Position numbers and translations under genes: made by a program. The notes under the pieces were generated by a model. It made no database searches. It saw only the letters and a program-made list of their open reading frames with translations, and was not told the DNA's origin. A DNA stretch of 64,000 nt, from contig JAFXEU010000005.1 in assembly GCA_017520845.1 (NCBI GenBank), forward strand, positions 12,660 to 76,659. Direction: 5' to 3'. This DNA is from Kiritimatiellia bacterium. Its GTDB lineage: Bacteria; Verrucomicrobiota; Kiritimatiellia; RFP12; UBA1067. Shown here one piece after another: positions 8,901-17,677 of the stretch (its first letter is position 1; each line of letters begins with the position of its first letter).

Positions 8901-9931
8901 TTATGACTGAAATGCCGGATTACCAGATAGGAAAGACGGTTTTCGGAGACAAGTCCGCCATAGAGGCGGCGTACAACCGTTTTCGTTCTCAGAAGATTGA
9001 TGAAGTTCGTCTCGCTTCCGATAAGACTTCTCTTTTCCCGCTTAAAAGAAGGGGGCTTGCGGGCGAGGCCTCGGTTTCGGGAGTAGGAACTTTCGAAGGC
9101 AGCGCGAAGCAGACGATCACTTTCGCTCCAAGTTCGAAGCCGGGTTGGTGGATCCGCCGCATGGATCAGCCGGAACAGCTTGATACCAAGGTCGACATCG
9201 CCAATCTCTGGACGAGCGCTCAGAATCTCGTTTTGCGCTCCGGCTCTCCCCATAATTATCTCAGGATGGTCGAGCATATTATCGCGCTTAAACTCGGTAT
9301 CGGCATTGATAACGTGGTTCTTAAGGTCAACAGCGGCGATCCGCCGCTCTTCGATCAGTCGTCGCTTCCGCTTATCAAGGCGATGGACCACGCTAAAATC
9401 GTCGAAACCGAGGAGGACGCGACTTTCGTCACGGTTAAGGAGCCTGTCGCGTTCGGCGGCAAGCGCGGCGATTTTCTTCTGTTCCTTCCCGCCGAAAACG
9501 GCGAGCGCAACCTGCGCATCGACTGCGCGATTTCCTGGAACACCGTGATCGGCGAACAGCGCGTTCTTTTCGACGCGACCGACGAGACGTTCCGCTATGC
9601 GGCTTTGGCTCGTACCAACGCGACACACCGCCAGTATATTCTCGCTAAAACGATAGGCAAGCTTTTCGCCGCCACGCGCAACTGGGGATACAACAAAAGG
9701 AATATCCTTATCCACGGGCCGAAAAAGTTTTACACGGAGCCGCGTTTCCCCGTCGGCGATAAATTTCTCGAACCCGTCTGGCACCGCGCGACGCTCGATC
9801 TTATGGCGGCGCTCGCGCTTACGGGTGAACACCGTTTCGTCGGTACGGTAGTCAGCTACCGCGCCGGTCACACTCTCGACTGCGACGCTGTCCGCGCGCT
9901 TTACCGTAACGATCTTTTATGCCAAATTTAA
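8897..9931 (+). CDS. lpxC: UDP-3-O-acyl-N-acetylglucosamine deacetylase homologue (divergent LpxC)
   Basis: GVGTFEGSAKQTITFAP, MVEHIIALKLGIGIDNVVLKV, PPLFDQSS, WHRATLDL and RAGH align by eye to the E. coli LpxC blocks GVGLHTGKKVTLTL, TVEHLNAALAGLGIDN, PIMDGSA, HKMLDAIGD and KSGH. ATGA overlap with the tatC stop. Confidence 0.65.
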   Translation: MIMTEMPDYQIGKTVFGDKSAIEAAYNRFRSQKIDEVRLASDKTSLFPLKRRGLAGEASVSGVGTFEGSAKQTITFAPSSKPGWWIRRMDQPEQLDTKVDIANLWTSAQNLVLRSGSPHNYLRMVEHIIALKLGIGIDNVVLKVNSGDPPLFDQSSLPLIKAMDHAKIVETEEDATFVTVKEPVAFGGKRGDFLLFLPAENGERNLRIDCAISWNTVIGEQRVLFDATDETFRYAALARTNATHRQYILAKTIGKLFAATRNWGYNKRNILIHGPKKFYTEPRFPVGDKFLEPVWHRATLDLMAALALTGEHRFVGTVVSYRAGHTLDCDAVRALYRNDLLCQI

Positions 9932-10704
9932 AGTTAGTCCGTCCGCTCGTCGTTTTTGATATCGAATCTACCGGAGTTTCGCCGCGCAAAGACCGCATAA
10001 TCGAGCTTGCGGCCATAAAGCTCATGCCTGACGGCGAGGAGATTTCGAAATGCTGGCTTATGAATCCCAGCGTTCCGATTCCCCCGGAGACGACGGCGAT
10101 TCACGGCATCAGCGATGAAATCGTAAAAGACTGTCCTACGTTCGCGGATAAGGCCGAAGAGATTTTCGAGTTTTTCCGCGGGTGCGATCTTTCGGGTTTC
10201 AACGCCGACCGCTTCGACATCCCTTGTCTTGAGGAGGAGTTCGCGCGCGTCGGAATGGCGTTCGCGCCGTCGGCCAGAAAGCATGTCGACGTTCAGCGCA
10301 TTTATCATAAGAAGGAGCCCCGCGATCTTTCGGCGGCGGTGAGATTCTATCTCGGGCGCAACCACGACGGGGCCCACGGAGCCGAGGCCGACACGCGCGC
10401 GACGCTCGAGGTCCTCAAAGCCCAGATGGCTAAATATTCCGATCTTCCCTCGACCGTCGACGAGATGGACGAATACCTCGTTCCCCACGATCCGATGAAC
10501 GCCGACAGAGCGGGGACTCTCCGCTGGAAAGACGGTGAGCTTACGATAAACTTCGGCAAGAAGAAAGGCGAGAGCCTTAAGAAACTCCTTTTGAACGAGC
10601 CCAATTATCTGAAGTGGATTTTGAAGGGCGACTTCGATACCGAAGTTAGAATGATCATCAAGGATCTTCTCGACAACGGGCGTCTGCCGCCTGCCCCGCA
10701 ATGA
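9919..10704 (+). CDS. DEDDh 3'-5' exonuclease (DNA polymerase III epsilon-like)
   Basis: Exo motifs VVFDIESTG (I), GFNADRFDIPCL (II) and HGAEADTRATLEVL (III, DEDDh type). Confidence 0.85.
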   Translation: MPNLKLVRPLVVFDIESTGVSPRKDRIIELAAIKLMPDGEEISKCWLMNPSVPIPPETTAIHGISDEIVKDCPTFADKAEEIFEFFRGCDLSGFNADRFDIPCLEEEFARVGMAFAPSARKHVDVQRIYHKKEPRDLSAAVRFYLGRNHDGAHGAEADTRATLEVLKAQMAKYSDLPSTVDEMDEYLVPHDPMNADRAGTLRWKDGELTINFGKKKGESLKKLLLNEPNYLKWILKGDFDTEVRMIIKDLLDNGRLPPAPQ

Positions 10705-13094
10705 ACTTCAGGGAGTTTTTAAACGGCTCGGGAATCGTTTTCGCCGATGGAGCGATGGGGACGTCGCTTCAGACGGCGGGGCTTAAACCGGGCGAAATTC
10801 CTGAAACGTGGAGCGTTAAAAAGCCGGATGTAATCAGGTCGGTCCATGCCGCCTATTTCGATGCGGGATCCGATTTCGTTCTCGCGAACACGTTCGGCGC
10901 GAACAGGGCCAAATATCACGGCGATGAGAAGCTCGAGGACGTCGTTTCCGCGTCGATCGCTCTCGCCCGCGAAGCGTCGCGCGGCGCGCGCGGCAGATTC
11001 GTCGCGCTTGATGTCGGGCCTACGGGGAAACTTCTAAAACCTTCTGGCGATTTTGAATTCGACCGCGCGTACGACGCATTTGCGGAACTGGTGACTCTCG
11101 GAGCGTCCGCCGGTGCGGATCTGATCGCGATTGAAACGATGGGCGACGCATACGAACTTAAGGCCGCCGTCCTCGCCGCGAAAGAAAATTCGTCTCTTCC
11201 CGTTCTCGCTACCGTTGCTCTCGGCGAAGACGGTAAACTTCTGACGGGAGCCGATGTCGAAACCGTCGCGGCGATTCTTGAAGGCTTGCGCGTCGACGCT
11301 GTCGGGCTCAACTGCGGGCTCGGGCCGGATCTGATGCTCCCGTACGTCGAGCGCCTCGCCGCCGCGACGGCTCTCCCGATTTTCGTAAAGCCGAACGCGG
11401 GACTTCCCAAGCTTGTTGACGGAGAGACCCGCTTTCTCGTTACGCCAGACGATTTCGCCGCGAACGTCGTTAAGCTCGTCCGCGCCGGAGCGCGGATCGT
11501 CGGCGGGTGCTGCGGCACTACGAGCGAGCATATAGCCGCCGTTAAAGCGGCGCTCGCGAATGAAATGATTCCTCCGCGACCGGCCGCCGAAAAACGCGTT
11601 GTCGTTTCTTCCGGCGTACGTTCCGTTGAGATTCCGTTCGATGATTCGATCGTTATCGGCGAGCGCATAAACCCGACGGGTAAAAAGAAACTCCGCGAAG
11701 CGTACAAAACGGGTGATACGGCCTACATTCTCCGCGAGGCCGTATCTCAGGTTGACGCGGGATCCCACATTCTCGATGTTAACGCCGGCGTTCCGGGGAT
11801 AGATGAGGCCGCTGCGCTCGAAGCGACGGTCGAGGCGATACAAGGCGTTGTCGATATTCCTCTTCAGATCGACACCGCCGATCCCCTCGCCATGGAAAGG
11901 GCGATGCGCCGCTACAACGGCAAGTGTCTCGTCAATTCCGTCAACGGCAAGAACGAGGTGATGGAGAAAGTGTTTCCCCTTGTCGCGAAATACGGCGGTG
12001 TCGTCGTCGCGCTTACGCTCGATGAAAACGGTATCCCCGCGACCGCCGAGGGGCGCGTCGAGATCGCCCGCAGAATTATCGCCAAAGGCGCCGAGTACGG
12101 TCTTACGAAAGACGATTTCATCGTTGATGTTCTCTGTCTCGCCGTGAGCGCCGACAATACGAGCGCGAACGTGATCTTAAAGGCGATGAAATCGGTCCGC
12201 GACGAACTGGGCGTGAGAACGGCGCTCGGAGTTTCCAATATTTCGTTCGGACTTCCCTCGAGAACGGACATTAACGCCGCTTTCTATACGCTTGCGCTCA
12301 ATGCGGGGCTTTCCGCCGCGATAATAAATCCGCTTTCGGTTCCGATGGTTTCGGCCTATCGCGCGTGGAGGGCGCTTACGGGGCGCGACGGCGACTGCTC
12401 CGGGTGGATTTCGTTTTCCGAGAGTCTCGAGAGCTGTGGAGTTTCCAAATCCGCGGCGCCTGCAGAAGAGAAGTCGCTCAAAGTTTTAATTGAAAAGGGA
12501 CTGCGGGAGGATGCCGCCGAAGCGGCGAGACGTCTTGTCGAGAAGGGGTTAAATCCGCTTGAAATAATAAACTCCGAGATTGTCCCTGCGCTTGAGAAGG
12601 TAGGCGCTCTCTTTGAAAGCGGGAAGTATTTTTTGCCGCAGCTTCTGATGGCGGCGGATTCCGCGTCGGCGGCGTTCGAGTATTTGCGCGCGGAGCTTGC
12701 GAAATCTGGTGCCGAAGGCGAGAAAAAAGGGCCTATCGTCATCGCGACCGTAAAAGGCGACATTCACGATATCGGAAAAAACATCGTCCGCTCGCTTCTT
12801 GAAAATTACGGTTTTAACGTAATCGATCTCGGGCGCGACGTCTCGCCGGAGACGATCGTCGAAGCGGCGCTTGAATGCGGCTGCCGTTTAGTCGGGCTTT
12901 CGGCTCTGATGACGACCACCGTCGGCTTTATGGCGGAGACGATCGCGGCGCTTAAGGCGGCGGATCCTGCGATAAAGACGTTCGTGGGCGGAGCCGTTTT
13001 AACGGAGGATTACGCCAAGGAGATCGGGGCAACGTGGTACGCCAAAGACGCGATGGCTTCGGTACGTATTGCGGAAGCGTTTTTCAAAAACTAA
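10701..13094 (+). CDS. metH: Cobalamin-dependent methionine synthase, short form without the AdoMet reactivation domain
   Basis: Hcy-binding domain (GGCCGTTSEHI), pterin-binding domain, B12 cap and B12-binding DxHxxG (GDIHDIGKNIV). At 797 aa it ends after the B12 domain. ATGA overlap with the upstream gene. Confidence 0.9.
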   Translation: MNFREFLNGSGIVFADGAMGTSLQTAGLKPGEIPETWSVKKPDVIRSVHAAYFDAGSDFVLANTFGANRAKYHGDEKLEDVVSASIALAREASRGARGRFVALDVGPTGKLLKPSGDFEFDRAYDAFAELVTLGASAGADLIAIETMGDAYELKAAVLAAKENSSLPVLATVALGEDGKLLTGADVETVAAILEGLRVDAVGLNCGLGPDLMLPYVERLAAATALPIFVKPNAGLPKLVDGETRFLVTPDDFAANVVKLVRAGARIVGGCCGTTSEHIAAVKAALANEMIPPRPAAEKRVVVSSGVRSVEIPFDDSIVIGERINPTGKKKLREAYKTGDTAYILREAVSQVDAGSHILDVNAGVPGIDEAAALEATVEAIQGVVDIPLQIDTADPLAMERAMRRYNGKCLVNSVNGKNEVMEKVFPLVAKYGGVVVALTLDENGIPATAEGRVEIARRIIAKGAEYGLTKDDFIVDVLCLAVSADNTSANVILKAMKSVRDELGVRTALGVSNISFGLPSRTDINAAFYTLALNAGLSAAIINPLSVPMVSAYRAWRALTGRDGDCSGWISFSESLESCGVSKSAAPAEEKSLKVLIEKGLREDAAEAARRLVEKGLNPLEIINSEIVPALEKVGALFESGKYFLPQLLMAADSASAAFEYLRAELAKSGAEGEKKGPIVIATVKGDIHDIGKNIVRSLLENYGFNVIDLGRDVSPETIVEAALECGCRLVGLSALMTTTVGFMAETIAALKAADPAIKTFVGGAVLTEDYAKEIGATWYAKDAMASVRIAEAFFKN

Positions 13095-13738
13095 CTTTCG
13101 GTTTTTATTTTTCCGTTTGATGTTTTTCCGAAGAGGAATCCGATTCCTGAAAGAACGACCACGGCGGCGAAAGCGGGAACGAACGAGTCGTTGGCGCGCC
13201 CAAAATGGCCGATGACGGCGTATACGGCGGAAATGACCGCGTTGCCGACGGAGAGCCAGACAACGCACTTCGCGAAGTTATAGCGCCTTAGACCCGCGTA
13301 TACGCACGAGCATTCCGCCAGAACAGGCACGGGGCGGAGAATAAAAAGCATAAAAGGCCCGGATTTCGCGTTCGATTTGAGCGACTTCTCGTTGTCGGAT
13401 ATCAATCTGCGAGCCAGCGAAGATGCGGTAGATCCGATAAAGAACCCTATGACGCCGCTGACGCTCATCGCGGCGAATGAAACGATAAAGCCGAGAACGG
13501 GGCCGAGAAACGCGCCGCACATCGCGCTTAAAAGACATGATGGAACCGGCAGGAAAATGTCAGAGGCTAAAACGGCGAAGAGTATCGCGGCGAGAGCGAA
13601 AGTGCTGCCGCCGTTTTCGCTGATGAGAACATTTATCCGATTGTTGACGCTTTCCTCGAAGATAAAAAATGGGATGAGGACGATCGTTATGAGGATCGCC
13701 CATATAGCCATGGATTTAAAATTTTTAGCGTTATTCAT
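13091..13738 (-). CDS. TVP38/TMEM64 (VTT/DedA-like) family membrane protein
   Basis: Multi-TM protein with FLPVPSCLLSAMCGAFLG and RPVPVLAECSCVYAGLRRYNF, which resemble the VTT-domain re-entrant loop motifs. It is the only minus-strand gene. Its stop codon overlaps the metH stop (CTAA). Confidence 0.65.
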   Translation of the reverse strand: MNNAKNFKSMAIWAILITIVLIPFFIFEESVNNRINVLISENGGSTFALAAILFAVLASDIFLPVPSCLLSAMCGAFLGPVLGFIVSFAAMSVSGVIGFFIGSTASSLARRLISDNEKSLKSNAKSGPFMLFILRPVPVLAECSCVYAGLRRYNFAKCVVWLSVGNAVISAVYAVIGHFGRANDSFVPAFAAVVVLSGIGFLFGKTSNGKIKTES

Positions 13739-13808
13739 TTATGTTGAATCCGATGCAGGCAAGTATATCATAAATTTAAACGGCCACGATGGTTAACGGG
13801 TTCAAAAT

Positions 13809-14486
13809 ATGATAAAATCACATTCGATGACACTTAAAGAAATATCTGAGGTAGATAAACTTCTGAAGAAGGAGTTCCTGGCGCATTCCGCTCCGATAAT
13901 CGAACTTATCAAGGCTCAAACGGACGATCCGTTCTGCGTTCTGGTGGGGACGATACTTTCGTCCCGGACGAAAGACGCGTGCACGACAGGCGCGGTGAAG
14001 CGTCTTTTCGCGACGGCGCAGAACGGGATGTTCAAGCCGTCCGATCTTGAGCGCTTGTCCGAAAAGGAAATTGAAAAGCTAATTTATCCCGTCGGCTTTT
14101 ACCATGTGAAAGCGAAACATCTGAAGGCTCTTCCCGCCGCTTTAAAAGCGAAGTTCGCGGGGAAAGTTCCGGATACGGTGGAAGAGCTTTGCGAACTTCC
14201 GGGCGTCGGGCGGAAAACTGCTAATTTGACCGTGGCGGTGGGATTTGGTCTTCCCGCAATCTGCGTCGATGTGCATGTCCACAGAATCTGCAACAATCTG
14301 AGGATCGTCGAGACGAAAACTCCGCTTGAAACCGAGATGAAACTGCGTGAAGTCCTTCCGGTAGAATATTGGAAAACCTGGAACAGCCACCTCGTTTCGT
14401 TCGGACAGACGCGATGCGATCCGGTAAGACCGAAATGCGACGGCTGTCCGATCAGGAAGTTCTGTCGATCGCCGAAGAAAAAATAA
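13809..14486 (+). CDS. nth: Endonuclease III (DNA glycosylase/AP lyase)
   Basis: HhH-GPD motif LPGVGRKTANLTV...D and a C-terminal [4Fe-4S] cluster loop, CDPVRPKCDGCPIRKFC. The alternative start ATG 13827 would be leaderless behind TGATAAAAT (13810-13818). Confidence 0.9.
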   Translation: MIKSHSMTLKEISEVDKLLKKEFLAHSAPIIELIKAQTDDPFCVLVGTILSSRTKDACTTGAVKRLFATAQNGMFKPSDLERLSEKEIEKLIYPVGFYHVKAKHLKALPAALKAKFAGKVPDTVEELCELPGVGRKTANLTVAVGFGLPAICVDVHVHRICNNLRIVETKTPLETEMKLREVLPVEYWKTWNSHLVSFGQTRCDPVRPKCDGCPIRKFCRSPKKK

Positions 14487-14508
14487 AGCCCATTTTGGGC
14501 CGTAAAAG

Positions 14509-14517
14509 TGGTATACT
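14509..14517 (+). promoter_or_regulatory. Extended -10 element TGGTATACT upstream of the amidohydrolase gene
   Basis: Exact TGGTATACT. The ATG at 14528 is 10 nt past the hexamer and no SD is present. Confidence 0.45.
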
Positions 14518-14527
14518 GTTCACCCAA

Positions 14528-15349
14528 ATGATTATCGACGTACATTCACATAATTTTCCTCCGCAAATCGCCGCACGCGCGCTTTCCGCCCTCGTCCACC
14601 GCACAGGCGACACTCTTCAGCCGTCTGCCGACGGAACATTGTACAATCAGCTCGATCACATGGAAAAAGCGGGCGTAGACCGCGCCGTCATGTGTCCTGT
14701 GGCGACGAAGCCTGCTCAGCACGGCGTTATACTCCGTACGGCGATTGCGATCCGCGACGGCGAACTTGGCGAAAGGGCCAGTCGCATGATCGTGCCGTTC
14801 GCGTCTTTACATCCGGCGGACGAGGATGCGACGGCGCATCTCGAGGAAATCGCCGCCGCAGGGATTCGCGGCATAAAAATCCATCCGTATTATCAGGAGT
14901 TTTCGCTTTCCGATCCTTCCGTATGGCCCATCTTCCGCGTTGCGGCTTCGCTTGGGCTGGTCGTTCAATGCCATTGCGGATATGATATCGGGTATCCAGG
15001 GCGCTACGACGCCTGCGGACCTAAGGATATCGCGGCTTTTCTGAGAAATGTTCCGGGGGTGAAATTCATCGCCGCGCATCTCGGCGGCTGTTCCGGATTC
15101 GCTCCGCATGCGACGGACGAGATTATGGATCTCGGATGCTGGGCCGACACAAGCGCTCTCGCCCGCAACTGGTCGCGAGACGAGGAGATGAGGTTGTGCC
15201 GTTCCTGGCCGACCGAGAGACTTTTGTACGGCACCGATTTTCCGTGGGTTTCCTACGAGGAGTCTTTAAGGTGGGTCAAGTCGATGCGCGACGAGAAGGA
15301 CTGGTTCCGCGTTCTCGGCGAAAACGCCCGCGAACTTCTGGGCCTTTGA
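14528..15349 (+). CDS. Metal-dependent amidohydrolase (TIM-barrel fold)
   Basis: MIIDVHSHNFPP (HxH metal site), later FIAAHLGG and GTDFPW. The longer ORF from 14369 overlaps nth and has no support. Confidence 0.8.
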   Translation: MIIDVHSHNFPPQIAARALSALVHRTGDTLQPSADGTLYNQLDHMEKAGVDRAVMCPVATKPAQHGVILRTAIAIRDGELGERASRMIVPFASLHPADEDATAHLEEIAAAGIRGIKIHPYYQEFSLSDPSVWPIFRVAASLGLVVQCHCGYDIGYPGRYDACGPKDIAAFLRNVPGVKFIAAHLGGCSGFAPHATDEIMDLGCWADTSALARNWSRDEEMRLCRSWPTERLLYGTDFPWVSYEESLRWVKSMRDEKDWFRVLGENARELLGL

Positions 15350-15367
15350 TCTAAATCAAAATTGCCG

Positions 15368-15396
15368 TTGAAACTTCGAAAATAATATGGTATACT
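15368..15396 (+). promoter_or_regulatory. Promoter of the tRNA-Gly/Leu/Ser operon (TTGAAA-17 nt-TATACT with TGg extension)
   Basis: TTGAAA at 15368-15373 and TGGTATACT at 15388-15396. The first tRNA starts 21 nt downstream. Confidence 0.65.
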
Positions 15397-15417
15397 ATTC
15401 ACCAATCATTTGCCAAA

Positions 15418-15491
15418 GCGGGCGTAGCTCAATGGCAGAGCTCCAGCCTTCCAAGCTGGCTACGAGGGTTCGATTCCCTTCGCCCGCTCCA
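15418..15491 (+). tRNA. tRNA-Gly (anticodon TCC)
   Basis: Cloverleaf folded by eye: acceptor GCGGGCG/CGCCCGC, anticodon stem CCAGC/GCTGG with loop CTTCCAA, T-loop TTCGATT, encoded CCA. Confidence 0.9.
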
Positions 15492-15504
15492 TAAGGCAGG
15501 GGAT

Positions 15505-15590
15505 GCCAGAGTGGCGTAATGGCAGCCGCAGCAGACTCAAAATCTGCCGTACGTGAGTACGTGAGGGTTCGAGTCCCTCCTCTGGCACCA
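15505..15590 (+). tRNA. tRNA-Leu (anticodon CAA)
   Basis: Acceptor GCCAGAG/CTCTGGC, anticodon stem GCAGA/TCTGC with loop CTCAAAA, long variable arm, T-loop TTCGAGT, encoded CCA. Confidence 0.9.
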
Positions 15591-15615
15591 ATGTTCGAGC
15601 AAGTGATCTGAGACT

Positions 15616-15705
<90 letters not shown>

Positions 15706-15740
15706 CTTACTCCTGATATGAGGTAAGGATTTTTCATTTT
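15706..15740 (+). terminator. Weak candidate intrinsic terminator after the tRNA operon
   Basis: Short imperfect hairpin CTTACT...GGTAAG followed by GATTTTTCATTTT. The stem is only about 6 bp. Confidence 0.3.
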
Positions 15741-15756
15741 ATGGGACATCAGTGAA

Positions 15757-17676
15757 ATGGGTAAGGGTATTACAGAATCAACTGTTGAAGAGATAAAATC
15801 CCGCATCGATCTCGCGGATCTGATCTCCTCTTACGGAATAGCCGTTAAGCATGCGGGATCCAGCCTTAAGGCGTGCTGTCCGTTTCACAACGAAAAGACT
15901 CCGAGTTTCCAGATCAACAACTCCAAGGGCTTTTATCATTGTTTCGGCTGCGGCGAATCGGGCGATGCCATAAAGTTTGTCCAGAAAATGGAAGGAAGTA
16001 CCTTCGTAGAGGCCGTTAAGTCTCTGGCTTCCCGCTGCGGCGTTGAAATTGTCGAGTCGGTCGATCCCGAACACGGCAAGCGCAAGCGCCTCTATGCTCT
16101 GATGGCGGAGCTGGCCCAATTTTACCATCGCTGTCTGATGAAGATGCGCGAAGCAGGTCCCGCCCGCGAATATCTCGTAAAGCGCAGACTTGATGAGAAG
16201 GCTCAGGAAGATTTTATAATCGGCTACGCTCCGAACGGTATGTCCGCGATGGTGAAGTGGGCCGAGAAATACGGCTACAGTCTGGAGGAACTTGAGTCGG
16301 CCGGCGTCATAAAACCTCCGCGCGACGCCAGGGATTCGGGATATCACCGCTTCGGTTCACGCCTTATGTTCACGATATGCGACAAGCAGGGCCGCGTCGT
16401 CGCTTTTTCAGGCCGACAGCTCGTCGCAAACAGGAATTCCGGGAAATACGTAAATTCTCCCGAGACCGCGATTTTCAAAAAGGCGAACGTTCTTTTCGGA
16501 TTTGATAAGGCTTCCGGTTTTATCGCGCGCTCGCCGCGCCGCGAGGTGATTCTTTGCGAGGGTCAGATCGATGTCATAAGGCTTCACATCTGCGGGTTTA
16601 AGAACGCGGTCGCCTCACAGGGTACGGCGTTCACCGACGAGCACGCCAAGATGATAAAGCGAGTCGCCGACTGCGCCGTTCTGATGTATGATGACGACGC
16701 CGCCGGGCGAAAGGCGGCGATCGCGACCGCGCGAAAGCTTCTCGCGATGGAGATGCCTGTGAGAGTCGTAAGTCTCCCGGACGGAGCGGATCCGGATTCT
16801 TTCCTCATAGAGAACGGACCGGAAGCGCTTCAAGCTCTCATCGACAAGGCCCGTTCAATCATTGATTTCCAGTTTGAGACCGAAAAGTCAAAAGAAGAGG
16901 GCTCCACGTCTCTTGATGCGCTCAACCGCATTTCCAAGTCTCTTCTTGCGACGATCGCCTCGTGTCCGTCGGCGATTCTGCAGGCCGGAATGGTTGACGA
17001 GGCCGCAAGAAAACTCTCACTCCCCGTCGTCGCGCTTTCCGAAGAGCTGACGAAGACGGTTGCCGCCGCGAAAACGGCGCCTCTTCCGCGCGCTCCTGAG
17101 CCGATGGACGTCGAGAGCGAAATTGATTTTGACGGTTTTTCGGAATCCGGGGACGAACCCGTTCCGGATGAAACTCAATTTGAGGATGTCGCCGCCGCCG
17201 ATCGTCATTCTCCATCGATAACGGAATTCGCGTTTATGGAGTTTCTGATGGCGCGTGAATATGACGCCGACGTTGAAAAGGGCGTGTCGGAATTTCTCTC
17301 CGGAGATGTCTTCGCTTCCGATTTCGCCAGACGTTTCGTCGATACCTGGCGCGACGAGGTCGTAAAGGGCGAAGATCTTTTCGCGATTTTCGCGGAAAAT
17401 CTCTCTTCCTACGAACGCGAATGGTTTGATAAAATATATCTCGGGGCCGGAAAGACCGAGGCGAGCGCGATGACGGCGGAAGATATTCTCCGCGACTTTG
17501 TCCGCAAGTTCTGGGTAGACCGGCTTAAGCGCGAGCGGAATTCCATTCCGTCTTCCTCGGGTCTCGAGGGCGATATGAAGCGGATGAAGCTTTCGATGGA
17601 CATAAAACGCCTTTCAAGCGCCGCATGGACCGATGTCGCGGCGCTGATCGGCGATTTGAAAAAAGGAGAAAAATAA
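15757..17676 (+). CDS. dnaG: DNA primase
   Basis: Zinc-ribbon CCPFHNEKTPSFQINNSKGFYHCFGCGESGD, RNAP-like domain, and TOPRIM motifs (ILCEGQIDVI, YDDDAAG). Confidence 0.95.
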   Translation: MGKGITESTVEEIKSRIDLADLISSYGIAVKHAGSSLKACCPFHNEKTPSFQINNSKGFYHCFGCGESGDAIKFVQKMEGSTFVEAVKSLASRCGVEIVESVDPEHGKRKRLYALMAELAQFYHRCLMKMREAGPAREYLVKRRLDEKAQEDFIIGYAPNGMSAMVKWAEKYGYSLEELESAGVIKPPRDARDSGYHRFGSRLMFTICDKQGRVVAFSGRQLVANRNSGKYVNSPETAIFKKANVLFGFDKASGFIARSPRREVILCEGQIDVIRLHICGFKNAVASQGTAFTDEHAKMIKRVADCAVLMYDDDAAGRKAAIATARKLLAMEMPVRVVSLPDGADPDSFLIENGPEALQALIDKARSIIDFQFETEKSKEEGSTSLDALNRISKSLLATIASCPSAILQAGMVDEAARKLSLPVVALSEELTKTVAAAKTAPLPRAPEPMDVESEIDFDGFSESGDEPVPDETQFEDVAAADRHSPSITEFAFMEFLMAREYDADVEKGVSEFLSGDVFASDFARRFVDTWRDEVVKGEDLFAIFAENLSSYEREWFDKIYLGAGKTEASAMTAEDILRDFVRKFWVDRLKRERNSIPSSSGLEGDMKRMKLSMDIKRLSSAAWTDVAALIGDLKKGEK

Positions 17677-17677
17677 A

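Noticed and set aside
8843-9871. 342-aa minus-strand ORF of nearly the same length as the + strand lpxC-like ORF
   Set aside because: The + frame aligns block by block to LpxC and is start-stop coupled to tatC and the exonuclease gene. The minus frame is Arg-rich with no recognisable motif.
10640-10710. Cobalamin riboswitch upstream of metH, and a lysine riboswitch upstream of lysA (51237-51255)
   Set aside because: Both genes are start-stop coupled or separated by fewer than 20 nt from the upstream gene, which leaves no room for a riboswitch aptamer.
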